A stretch of DNA of 64,000 nt, taken from NCBI RefSeq assembly GCF_006345805.1, contig NC_042998.1, positions 13,020,001 to 13,084,000 of the forward strand, read 5' to 3'. Source of the stretch: Octopus sinensis (taxonomy: Eukaryota). The translations under genes and the position numbers were made by a program. Under the pieces are notes generated by a model. The model saw only the letters and a program-made list of their open reading frames with translations, was not told where the DNA came from and did no database searches. Each line of letters begins with the position of its first letter. Position 1 is the stretch's first letter. Below, one piece after another: positions 41,660 through 53,929 of this stretch.

Positions 41660-42815
41660 CTTTAGGGGACCAAAAACGTAACAGAAATTTAGTCACATGT
41701 GGGCATGATCCGAAAAGCTCTGTCCTTGTATTTAGACATGTGGTAGGGTCTAAGCTGCTTTTCCAGATAAGCCATCTCTCCATGTCGCATAAACCGCACC
41801 TTCCGCTGCCGTTAGTATAGGGCTTACATCTGGCCAAAATCTTCCATTGTATGTTATAATCGACACCTTTATCTCTTAAAGACCAAATATGATTGGATAA
41901 TTGTGTCGCTTCTTTTGTTCCAGTGCCTAAAGCTCGAAGTGTGGTTATTGAACCTGGCCTTGAAATTACCCTCTGTCAGGCCCCACGTTTTCTTCGTCGA
42001 AACGGTGTCTTTAGTGGTTATAGAGTTTACGGTAGCTTCATATGATGGTCTTGGACATGCAAGCTCCATTAGCGGGCACAATTCTTTATTCCTGCATGAA
42101 CAGCTGTTTTCTTCTTGTGTTTTTTGTATGTTATGATTGATTATGTTTTTAAAATTGGTAGTTGAACTAAAACTAATTTTTAAATTGTGTCTATTAAAGA
42201 GGTTTCCTATAAGTATGGTTAACTGGAAAATGTCTATCTATCAGTGCTAGGAAATATTTACCTATATTGAAGGCCACCTCGGGTGAGTAAGGGGGGGCGT
42301 AAACCAGATGACCTTCCTATTTCTATCCTCTTTCCTTATTGTTGGGCTGGTGATAGGTGTATATTTTATTTTTTCGCTAAAACCACTATCTTTTAAAGCT
42401 TTATTATAAACTGGGGCAACGCTATTGAAGATGTCCTCATTAGATGAGAGGCTAGAAATCCTCTTACTAATATTTTTAACTAAATTTTTGAATACTATAG
42501 GGGGATGGCATGAACCTACATTAATATAACTTAGTATCATTGGGCTTCCTATAAGGCTTATAAATTATTATTAAGATCTAAGGAAACGTCTAAGAAATTG
42601 ACAACCGTCAGGTTAGTGTCTATAGTTATACTAAGTCCGAAGTGTTTCATTAACTGGATAATATCTTCCTAAAACGATCTTGTGCTGGTCCATTTGTATT
42701 AGCTGTTAAGGCGAGGGCATCATCTTTGTAGATGGCGAAATGTACGTTAGGGAATGTCTTACCGAAGGTATCTAGGAGAAAGAGTCCAATTAGATCACAG
42801 ATGCCTGCCCCATCA
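41660..42815 (-). pseudogene. PLE RT/thumb/GIY-YIG, frameshifted
   Basis: ORF fragments 42262-42540, 41869-42081 and 41649-41837 plus the RT segment 42540-42815. Confidence 0.9.
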
Positions 42816-42817
42816 TC

Positions 42818-43545
42818 ATAAAATATACACCTATCACCAGCCCAACAATAAGGAAAAGGAATAATAGAAATAGGAAGGTCATCTGGTTTACGCCCCCTTA
42901 CTCACCCGAGGTGGCCTTCAATATAGGTAAATATTTCCTAGCACTGATAGATAGACATTTTCCAGTTAACCATACTTATAGGAAACTCTTTAATAGACAC
43001 AATTTAAAAATTAGTTTTAGTTCAACTACCAATTTTAAAAACATAATCAATCATAACATACAAAAAACACAAGAAGAAAACAGCTGTTCATGCAGGAATA
43101 AAGAATTGTGCCCGCTAAATGGAGCTTGCATGTCCAAGCCATCATATATGAAGCTACCGTAAACTCTATAACCAAAAAGACACCGTTTCGACGAAGAAAT
43201 ACGTGGGCCTGACAGAGGGTAATTTCAAGGCCAGGTTCAATAACCACACTTCGAGCTTTAGGCACTGGAACAAAAGAAAAGCGACACAATTATCCAATCA
43301 TATTTGGTCTTTAAGAGATAAAGGTGTCGATTATAACATACAATGGAAGATTTTGGCCAGATGTAAGCCCTATACTAACGGCAGCGGAAGGTGCGGTTTA
43401 TGCGACATGGAGAGATGGCTTATCTGGAAAAGCAGCTTAGACCCTACCACATGTCTAAATACAAGGACAGAGCTTTTCGGATCATGCCCACATGTGACTA
43501 AATTTCTGTTACGTTTTTGGTCCCCTAAAGAAAACGGATTGAACA
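42818..43545 (+). pseudogene. PLE linker plus GIY-YIG endonuclease (inverted copy), frameshifted
   Basis: SCSCRNKELCPLNGAC..YEATV..KYVGLTEGNFKARFNNHTSSF..WKIL..CGLC..E..LNTRTELFGSCPH. Confidence 0.9.
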
Positions 43546-43893
43546 TGCTTTCTGTGTTATGTCCAAGAAGATTTTATATATTTTTATATATTTTTATATA
43601 TTTTTATGTATTTTTATATAATTTTTATGACGAAAAATGCGAGCGATGTATAAGTACGCAGGCAAAGCAGAGTTATAACAGAGTAATTTCCCTTCATTTT
43701 TAACGGTATTTTTTCATAACGTTTTCAAATAGCCAGATAACCGAAGAGATGGTGTTGTGGATTTCCACTTCGGCATCTGAAACTCAGAGTTTTATCTTGA
43801 CTACCGAGTAATGTAACATATTGTATAGATAAATTTCCTCTATTTACATAATATTGAGGTCTCTTTCTTTCTTTTGTTATCTTACCGTTTTAT

Positions 43894-43963
<70 letters not shown>

Positions 43964-44269
43964 ATCTTATTTATGTCTTACGTATTTATAGCTGAGGAGG
44001 GGAAAAGTCTTATGAATTAACCCCGAAATTGGGACCAATACAGTAATAACGGATTTTTCTAGAAATTTCCATCGGCTTGTTTCGAGACGCATAAATTATA
44101 ATGGTTATTGACAATTTTGTCTTTTTTTTTTTCGGCATGTTTGGCATTAGAATTTTTCTTTTGCTCTTATTTTTTTAAGTTATCTATAAATTTAATCTTT
44201 AGAGGTATTTTTTGACATGCTGGCCATTGATAAAATTTTTTTTGGAAAAAAATGTTATCCTACATTAGT

Positions 44270-44302
<33 letters not shown>

Positions 44303-44303
44303 G

Positions 44304-44360
<57 letters not shown>

Positions 44361-44930
44361 TATATATATATGCAATAATTAATTTATATAAGGTATGAAA
44401 TAGAAAGTGAAGTGCAGGAATGAAAATAGATGTGAGATATGCAGGGATATATCATTTACATCCATTATTTAGGCATAATTGTATACATATAAGATTCCCA
44501 AAACTTGTAAGTAAATTACGATAGTATTTATAATTGGTCATTCCAAGTACAGGGTTTGTACACAGTGCTATTGAATCGAGGGTTTATTTAAATTGACCTA
44601 GGTCATTTTAAATACACTAACAGCTGTAAGAGCTCCTATTTATAAACGTTCTAAAATCTTCACAGCCTTGGTATTTTATCTCATTCTGAATTTTTATTTT
44701 TTATGACCAACGTTGGATTCCGTATTCGCATAATCACCGAATCTGTATCTTAACTGTAACTACGGAGGTTCGTGTCTCCTTAGCCGGCCGCCAACACTTT
44801 CGTCTACAAAATAGTGGTATTAGCATTATCCTGCGTTTGAGAATTTAAAATCACTTCTTTAACTTTCTAAGACATCACAATGCTTCTAAAGCAAACTTCG
44901 TTTGTTTGTTTACGCTCATCGTAATTTGAA

Positions 44931-44986
<56 letters not shown>

Positions 44987-46276
44987 GAGTTAGCGGACAA
45001 AGGAAAGGAGGGCATTCAACACATTTCTTGTGAGTTTCATTCGAATTCCGTCACATTTAATGTTTCAAAGCTCGATGGAGCTTATCGTCGAACGTTGGAA
45101 GTTGGAATGAGAATACTCATGGAGGAGGTCCGAGATGGTTAACGGCTAACGGGCTGCAATGTCACTGTGATATGTACACGTTTTGAAACATAAAGTAGCA
45201 CAGAATTTGAAGCAGACTGTTTTGATCCGTATGTGTGTGGGGGTATTCGTCTGAGTGTGTGTCTTTAGCATAAAGAACAGGAAATAAATTTTATTTCTTT
45301 TGGTGGAACTCGAAGTAGAAAAGCTGTAAATAATATCGAGGAGATTATCTCTCAAAAGTTCTAAATTATTATGACGTAAATTATAAATAAAATTTTCGCT
45401 TCTGAGAACAAATCTTCAGAATGGATGAAGAAAATTTGAATTGTAAAAATGTTGTAAAACGACGATCAATGTTTATTGAAAATGTGGTTATAATTGAGTT
45501 AAATAACAGCACTGCGCGCAAGTGGCTTCTGATAAAATCATGGAAGACATGAAGTATAATGACAATCAAAGTAGCATCTGAAGACAATTGTCCTTCTTGG
45601 AGAATATAAACGGATATTTTAGTGATTCAGTCATAAAATATTCTTGATATAATATTAATTTTGTAATGCTGATAAGTGATAATGAATAAAAAATAATAAT
45701 GGAAATATAGCTTTTTAGAACGCGAAGTGAAAGTCGCAATAGCTGATATATGATACTGCAGGAATCAAAATAAAATGTTAAAATCATTTAATAAATATAT
45801 TTATGTGGAATATTTTATGTTAGATAAAAATTAAACGACAACTGGAACTTACATAAAATTAGGAACTTTGCTTGGAGTTCACATATCTTTACTTTAAACA
45901 CTATGTAAAATTAGGAAGGGGAATTAGAAAGTTACTTTCAACATGTCACATTACAATTGAATTATCATAACAAACTACACAAGGAATAATCGATGCATTC
46001 AACCCAATCTACAATTATTGAATTATACTGCGCATCATACATTGTAAATCAACTTACACTCTGACAACACTATCTACGATAAAGATCCTTTCCAAGTAAT
46101 TCGATTACGCAATATATGCACTCAGATAAAACAAATTTCACTCGTCTAAAAATTATTTGAGTTAACCCCACCCTATGTAGATAGATAATTTGCGAAATGC
46201 AGAAAAATAAGTTTTTTTGAAAGTCTATCACCTCAGAACAGATATAAATACAATGGAATAGCAATATGGTAACTAA

Positions 46277-46320
46277 TACTACTACTACTACTACTACTAT
46301 ACTACTACTACTACTACTAC

Positions 46321-46376
<56 letters not shown>
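46277..46376. repeat. Self-complementary compound microsatellite (TAC)n-(TAG)n
   Basis: (TAC)n abuts its own reverse complement with no spacer; centre ctag at ~46320-46323. Confidence 0.9.
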
Positions 46377-46493
46377 ATAGCAGCAGCATCAGTTGTATTG
46401 TTGTGGATAGGTTCTGGCTGGTTGTCGTCGTAGATTTTCTGTCTGTTTGCAAAACTTTTCAAGAATACAGATCGTGCTAATAGTAGTAGTATT

Positions 46494-46524
<31 letters not shown>

Positions 46525-47651
46525 AATTCAATAATATTAGCACGATCTGTATTACTGAAACAATGCTAGCAACTGATAATAATGAATCATGAAAATACAG
46601 TCAATGTCAGACGTAGATATACAGTCAACAATTAATTTTATAGATACATGTCTTTACAGATCCATCAAAATGCAATTGCACACTTGAAATAACAAATTCA
46701 TAAATAAATACTTGTCCAAATCTAACCGCTCTATGCACACCCGGTATAATTCTCAGTGACAGTTAATGAAACAAAGGATACATAGGAAAGTAACGTAAAT
46801 TAAGAAAACGCACAAAACTGGTAAACCCGTGCTTTTTATATTTAGAATTATAATAAACGGTGGTACATAGTGTAGAGTATTTAGTAAAAAATATGACCGC
46901 AATAGGATATCAAGCCCACATTCTATTCCAATATCTACCACATATACGACATGCACACTATTCAGCTATTTCTCAATCAACACCCACACACAATATACAG
47001 ATTATCAGAGATAGGAAATAAAAGTACTTAACTTAAACGCATTCTTCCCAGTATTAAAAAGCAGCAACAAAAAAATTAAATAATCTAATACACTTAAGAA
47101 ACCAGCAAAATTACAGTGTTCCTACATTCCGTAATAGGTGCCTCTAATCGATCTACACATATACTTAATAGAAAATATTAAGTGTTATATTCATGTAATA
47201 TGCACATGGAGTATTTAGCAAAAAGAAACAGTAGCAAAACAACAGGGAAACATACTTATAAATGCTGTTATCGCCTACGAATGATGAATGATAAAATAGG
47301 AATGGATTACAAGTAGCATCGAGATAAGATGTAGTTGGGATAATGCCTGTTCGAGCTACGCCCCAGTTTCTCTAAAAGAAAACACAAAATAATATTGTAC
47401 GAAAATGCAGGTTAAGTACACAGAAAACTTGTAAATAAAAAAAAAGCACATTCCATTTAATCATTGAAGTTATGATAATGATAACAGGAAATTAGCGAGA
47501 TTGTTATTTCGAAAATATTCAGCAAATATTGCATATGATTTTGCATAAACAAACATCTCAAATCTTTATGAATGCATGTATGCATGTATGTATGTATGTA
47601 TATACATACATATATATATATATATACATACACACACACAAACACAGATAC

Positions 47652-47686
<35 letters not shown>

Positions 47687-47970
47687 CACATAAACATATA
47701 TATGTCGAACAAAGATATTTTATTCCACGCGGGAATAAAATAGCTGTTTTTAAGATGGAACTAAGCTGCAACTATAGCAGGCAGTTGTAGAATATCTCCA
47801 TCTCTATTTCTCTCGAATTTTAAAAAATCCGAGAAATTTGTGAAACCGGTTTAATCTTGAATACTTTTTAATTAAAAATCTAAACGAATTACAGAACATA
47901 TTCAACTTCTTTTGTGTGTGTGTAACTGCGTATATATATATATATATATACACATACACACACCAACTTT

Positions 47971-48034
<64 letters not shown>

Positions 48035-48104
48035 TATATATACATATATACATATGTATACATATATATACTTATATATACACATTAATATACATATGTA
48101 CATG

Positions 48105-48136
<32 letters not shown>

Positions 48137-49268
48137 CACATATATGCATATATATTCCTATATACACACATATATATACTGGACAGGAAAAAACGTAGAC
48201 AAACTGAGAAACAAGAACATTAAAAAAAACATAGAAAATGAACTTTTTTCGAATTACGAAAAAAGCAAACAAGCAGAGAAACGAGACATGCAACATAATG
48301 AGCCTGCCCTTAAGCAGTTGTCCTCTGTTTTATCTACTCCACGTTACGAAGGTAAAGACTAGACGCGATTTCGTTAAGAGAGTCCTTCCCGCAAAGCAAA
48401 TTAAATAAAATTTGGGATTTTTTGCGTCGGGGTGAAAGTGGTAAGAAAAGCAGGACAGGGCATGCATGTGTTCAGAGAAACATATATACACACATACACA
48501 GACACACACATATATATATATATGTATATATATATGTATATAAATTTGCACGCTGCATCTTTAATGGTTTGAAACAACTCTAGATATATAAATGAATAGT
48601 ACTTTTACGCAAAGCTACCACCACCTTCTTCTTCCACACATGCAAGATAACCTCAATTACAAACTCCAGAATTATCATATCATTATCATCATCATCATCA
48701 TCATCATCGCATCATCATCATCACCACCACCACTGTCATTATAATTACCCTCTTCATCTCTTTACTTACAGCTATTTTAGAGACATAATTGTTACAATTA
48801 TCAACATTACCAAGAAATAAAATATAGTAATTATCTGCTAATAAGCCTAATACATTATTTATGATATCAATATTACCAGTGTTTTAATAATATTATTGTT
48901 GGACTATCATAATCTTATTATTCACTCTTATAATTTTAGTACCTATAGTAAATTTTGTTAACATTATGATAGCCGAAATTCAGTTTATATATATGTATAT
49001 ATTAACAATAGTAACGCTGTTATCCTCATTATTAAGAAGAAGAATTATTTTAAATATGATCGTAATAACATTATTTGATACTTTTTATATTTAATATAGA
49101 ATATTAACAATGATGACTAATTCAACTGTAGTTAGATTCATACGATTGCTACCAAATATATATGTATGCATATATTTAGAAGGATATCCTTATGCAAATT
49201 CACTCATGCCTACAGAGGCACACCAGCATACATACTCATATATACAGGAATATGTTTATACAAAAGTA

Positions 49269-50913
49269 TTTGGTTATCCCATTAATAGTGCGGGGTTTTT
49301 TAAACTTCTTTTATTTTTCTAAATGAAGATAAACAAAGTTCTTTTCTAATCTAAACTAAACTCTCCCTCAGTTTCCACCATCTATCTGGCAGGCTTGTAA
49401 GGTCCGTCTTCCAAAATACACTTGTCCGGGGCGAAAAATATTGCTCGTTACTGTTCTGACCTCGTCTACAGAATTCATGTGTTTTCCGTCCAAAATTATT
49501 TTGAAGACTGCGGAATACACGATAAACAGATGGGTCAATGTCGGGCGAATATGTTTTGTGGGGCATCGTTTACAGCCTTTGGAATGCCATCCTCAGTTTG
49601 TGGTTGAGCATTATCCTGATAGAAGAACACCTTTCGTCTTGAATCCAAATGTTTTCCCTCTAGTGCTGACTTAAGCCACTGACACTGCTTGCTGTAGATT
49701 TCTTTGTAATCATTTACTTTGGGTTTAAAAGTTCAAAGCGTACTAACCATTTCATATCCCACTAAACAGATAACAACACCTTACGTTGGTGAAGATCTTC
49801 TTTAGCCTGGGGTGCTGGTGTTTCTCTTTTCCTTACCCAATGTCGTCGGCGCTGGACATTTTTATAGAGGTTCCAAAACTGGTCTATTCGTGAGACGTGA
49901 CAGCGAAGAAGAGCACACGTTCACTCTCTACGTGCGATTACATTCGGAAAGTTTGTGAAGAACCCATTGACCTAATTTGCTGACCTTTCTGATGGCACGC
50001 ACGTTTCGATGAATGGTTAAGAGACCAAATGAAAGCTTTTCTGCTAGTTCCTCAACAGTTACGATGGGATTTTGTTTTCCACAAGTGTCTGTAGGATGTC
50101 CTCGTCAAGAGCTTCGGATTTTCCAGCGCGAGGTTCGTCTTCTAGGCTGTAGTTTCTGGCTCGGAATTTCTGGAACCACTGTTGACACTGACTTACGCTT
50201 ATTGTCCGATCCCCATATGCAGCATTAATAGTATTCGCAATTTCCTTTGCGTTGTTGCCTTTATTGAACTCATAAAGCAACAATTGCTGAATATGCTCCT
50301 TTGCCACTTCCATTATAGCTTTGAAAAAATAACTGTTAAAATCGAACTGCACTCTTCCAAACTTTAATAAGGATAAGCAAAACCAAGAAGGGTAAATCTG
50401 CTTTTATAGCAATAGTCCGCATTATTTACGGAATAAAGGCGGCGAGCTGGCAGAAACGTTAGCACGCCGAGCGAAATGCATAGCCATATTTCGTCTGCCG
50501 TTACATTCGAGTGGAGGCGCAATGGCCCAGTGGTTAGGGCAGCGGACTCGCCGTCGTAGGATCGCGGTTTCGATTCCCAGACCGTTGTGAGTGTTTATTG
50601 AGCGAAAACACCTAAAGCTCCACGAGGCTCCGGCAGGGATGGTGGTGATCCCTGCTGTACTCTTTCACCACAACTTTCTCTCACTCTTACTTCCTGTTTC
50701 TGTTGTACCTGTATTTCAAAGGGCCGGCCATGTCACTCTCTGTGTCACGCTGAATATCCCCGAGAACTACGTTAAGGGTACACGTGTCTGTGGAGTGCTC
50801 AGCCACTTACACGTTACTTTCACGAGCAGGCTGTTCCGTTGATCAGATCAACCGGAATCCTTATCGTCGGAACCGACGGAGTGCTTCCTCTCTATTTACG
50901 GAATATCCCAATA
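49269..50913 (-). mobile_element. Near full-length decayed mariner transposon; right-hand TIR interrupted by a SINE insertion
   Basis: MEVAKEHIQQLLLYEFNKGNNAKE..YGDRTISVSQCQQWFQKFR..SLEDEPRAG and PHKTYSPDIDPSVYRVFRSLQN (YSPDL-like). TIR TA|tttggttatcccattaatagtgcgg matches ccgcattatttacggaata[SINE]tcccaa|TA. Confidence 0.85.
50437..50892 (+). mobile_element. Composite SINE: family B head (50437-50510) fused to a full family C copy, inside one 13-bp TSD
   Basis: TSD tatttacggaata at 50423-50435 and 50893-50905. Confidence 0.85.
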
Positions 50914-51344
50914 TGTGTATACATGCTCACATACAAAACACTACACAATTTTATCAATTCCTATTTATTATTGCACATCATTATAATAACATTAATACTT
51001 TGTTATTAATTTTATTTTTACTTTCCGCTTGCAATAGTAAAAAAATAATAATAATAAATTGTATAAATGATCTTGGTGTGAGTGGCTGGCGTGGAACCAT
51101 CTCATGTCTCTACCTCTTTATTCCAGAGTAACCAGCAAACCAGGATTTCATTCGTTTTGGGTTCTCTATTGCTCGAAATGGGGAGTAGATAAACAGCCGA
51201 CAACTGATGAAGGGTCATTCATTTAATTAATTGTCGTTTCTTTCTCTCGTTATTTGCGTATTTAACTCATTTGCCTTCGTATTTCATGTAGTTTACTGTT
51301 GGTGACGTCCTGTACCCCACCCCCATATATATATATATTAAATT

Positions 51345-51638
51345 CTTGACCGACCAGACCATCAGGTGCTGTTACACATCGCTTGTCACAATGCGTTCGC
51401 ATTGTTTTAGCCTTCGAATGACGCCACCCCGCTGGCTAAGCGAGCAGGCCAGCAGAAGAAAGAGTGGGAGAAAGGGTTGTGAGAGGGTACAGCAGGGATC
51501 ACCACACCCTGCCGGAGCCTCGTGGAGCTTTTTGGTGTTTTCGCTCAATAAACACTCACAACACCCGGTCTGGGAATCGAAACTGCGATGCTACTACCGC
51601 GTGTCCGCTGCCCTAAGCACTGGGCCATTGCGCCTCCA
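51345..51638 (-). mobile_element. SINE with family C head and a different 3' tail
   Basis: Head rc ggaggcgcaatggcccagtg..ccctgctgtac is shared with family C; tail ..ggtggcgtcattcgaaggctaaaacaatgcg.. is unrelated to the family C tail. Confidence 0.8.
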
Positions 51639-51702
51639 CACACACGCACACACGCACACACACACACACACACCATACGCACACACACACACATATATAT
51701 AT

Positions 51703-51736
<34 letters not shown>

Positions 51737-52595
51737 CGTGTGGGTGTGGGTGTATGTATGTATGTATGTATGTATGTATGTACGTATGTATGTATATGGG
51801 TAAATGTCGAACGATAGAAATAAGTGCTATTTTGTAAAAACTGTCTCGCTTTCTTCATGGGGTTTCTCGAAAATTCGCGTAAATACAACAATGTAACAAT
51901 GCATGAAGGGGCGTTTGGCATCTTTTAGATGTTTGTCTCACTTCAAATTGTCTTCTGGGCAAATTATTTTGTAAACAATTTGCCTAATTTTGTTTTTGCT
52001 CTGGGCATGGTGTTCTTAAACTTGTGCGATGATGTAGTTTATTATTGGGGCATATTTTTTCTTTGTGTGAAATCTGTGCGCTGTGTGTGCTATGCGTGCC
52101 ATTAAGAAATGGGCTATCCTGTTGTGTTACCGGACTAAAAGTGGAAAGCAGAGAATTTTTCTCCACAGTAACCGCAATGTATTTGTCGTTAGCAGTTGAT
52201 ATATGTCACAAACATATGTCAACTAAAGTAAATTGTTATTATACATAAACGCTACTTTGTGCCATTACTCCGGTATTTTTCTCGATCGGGCGGTCTACTA
52301 GCGCAAAACAGCCAATGTATAGGCTGAATAATATATAAAGCTATACGCTTTGTTTAATTCGTTCAGAGTTGCCTCTCTTAGGTACATCTCATCGACAAGA
52401 GTCAATAAGCACGAAATTTCGATATATGAGATTCCCGAGATTTGTCGACACCGAACGAAGTGGGTGTTTTCACACCATTTTACGATAACGGAGATATTTT
52501 GTTTTCTCCACAGTAACTACGGCGTATTTGCCTTTAGCAGTTGAAATATGTGACAAGCATATTTCTAATAACGTAAATAGTAATTTCCTATATAT

Positions 52596-52652
<57 letters not shown>

Positions 52653-52706
52653 ATAGAGAGTACTTGCATAGCAAGTGATTGATCTGAGATCGTGTTCTGG
52701 AACGAA

Positions 52707-52889
52707 AACAATTGCAGCGTGGAAGGTGTTTGTAAGCCATTAAAGAAACACAAAGCCGTTCGATTCACTTCAACATTTAAGTTTAATTTGTCAAAATATT
52801 TTCGCTATAGGAGCGCGACCTGTTCACTGACAAAAATCCGTGTTGCATCTCTTAAATGGCTTACAGACACCTTCCACGCTGCAATTGTT
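52707..52889 (-). repeat. Fold-back mini-element (35 bp inverted arms, one mismatch) enclosing a hammerhead variant
   Basis: 52707-52741 versus 52855-52889; (TA)n on both sides. Confidence 0.85.
52787..52834 (-). ncRNA. Hammerhead-like motif with G3-C8 swapped core
   Basis: rc: tttgtca-GTGAACA-ggtcgcgctcctatagc-GAAA-atat-TT-tgacaaa. Stem I is 7 perfect bp, stem III is the palindrome AATATT, stem II is imperfect in this copy. Confidence 0.6.
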
Positions 52890-52924
52890 ATATATATATA
52901 TAAATCACCACTGGTGATTTTTTT

Positions 52925-53092
52925 CCTCTGTCTTACCTAATCGGGATCTTTCCTTCTCCTATGTTTCCGACGAAGAGCTCCGCTCGAAACGATAAAACCC
53001 TCCTTCTTCCCTTCTTTCATGAGCGTCCAATAATACTTATTTGTTCCACGTAATTGCGTTGTTGTTTTTTTGTTTCCTTGTTTGGATTAACT
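52925..53092 (+). mobile_element. Family H2 element with hammerhead motif
   Basis: gttt-CCGACGA-a-gagc-tcc-gctc-GAAA-cga-TA-aaac at 52963-52998. Confidence 0.75.
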
Positions 53093-53100
53093 ATATATAT

Positions 53101-53164
<64 letters not shown>

Positions 53165-53929
53165 TATATATATACATTATTGGTGAATTGAAGAAATGGA
53201 GCTGAACGCAGATTGAACAGAAATCGTTTATTTCATTCTACATCTACACGTGTTTCGAAAGGCACAAATTACCAAAATCCGATTGAATAATGGGACCATA
53301 TTGTGTCTTTCTCTCAGGAAGAAAAAAGGAAATCCGTTGGAAAAACAAAAACAGAACAGAGGCGGAGCAAAAAACAAATCGAACTGTGCTCCTAAGAGCC
53401 CATGGCGAAACTGTTTATCAGTGTATGTGAGAACCGGTGGCTGAAGAATTCAACGGTCAGGCATCGGTCAATCATGTGGGTGGGGTGTATAGATGTTCTT
53501 GTGACCGAGAATAAAGTTCTGACTATTTAAGGAATATTGGATGTTTTATAAGGGGCGGAGAAAAATCTACTTAGAGACGTGTGTGTGTGTATACTGTTCT
53601 ATATATGTGTGTGTTGGCGTAGGGGTAGAAAACATTTTTTGTGTACGTGTGTGCGTTTGATCGTTCGGCTGTCAGTGGCTACTGCCGTGATAACCGTTGG
53701 GTGGAAGAAAGAAAAAAATAAAAAATATATATATATTATGTTTTATGTGTGTGTGTGTTCATCTAAGCCTGCCTTGTCAAGGAACCCCCCGCTGTGAAAA
53801 AACCAAGCCCCGTTTGTCTTACAGGAGTAATTCCCCTTGCAGTGGTTAATCGTAGATATCTTAAAGGCTATTTCAGATTTGTTACCAAGGGCTATGGGTG
53901 CCGGTATTATTTATAAACGCTATTTAAAG

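Larger units (their letters stand above)
41362..43897. mobile_element. 5'-truncated Penelope-type PLE with head-to-head inversion (arms 41362-42375 and 42818-43830)
   Basis: Minus strand carries RT (YDDGAGICDLIG..AIYKDDALAL..NFLDVSLDL), thumb, IWFTPP linker and GIY-YIG. The plus strand repeats linker, GIY-YIG and 3' UTR. Junction at 42818; (TA)n on both flanks. Confidence 0.95.

Noticed and set aside
51195-51240. cgacaa-CTGATGA..ttgtcg candidate (family also near 48180-48430)
   Set aside because: No GAAA or stem III between the putative stem I strands.
51800-52560. Possible Tc1-like N-terminal relic and a ~60-bp direct repeat (52155-52215 / 52500-52562)
   Set aside because: Similarity is too weak to call a family by eye; no TIRs were found.
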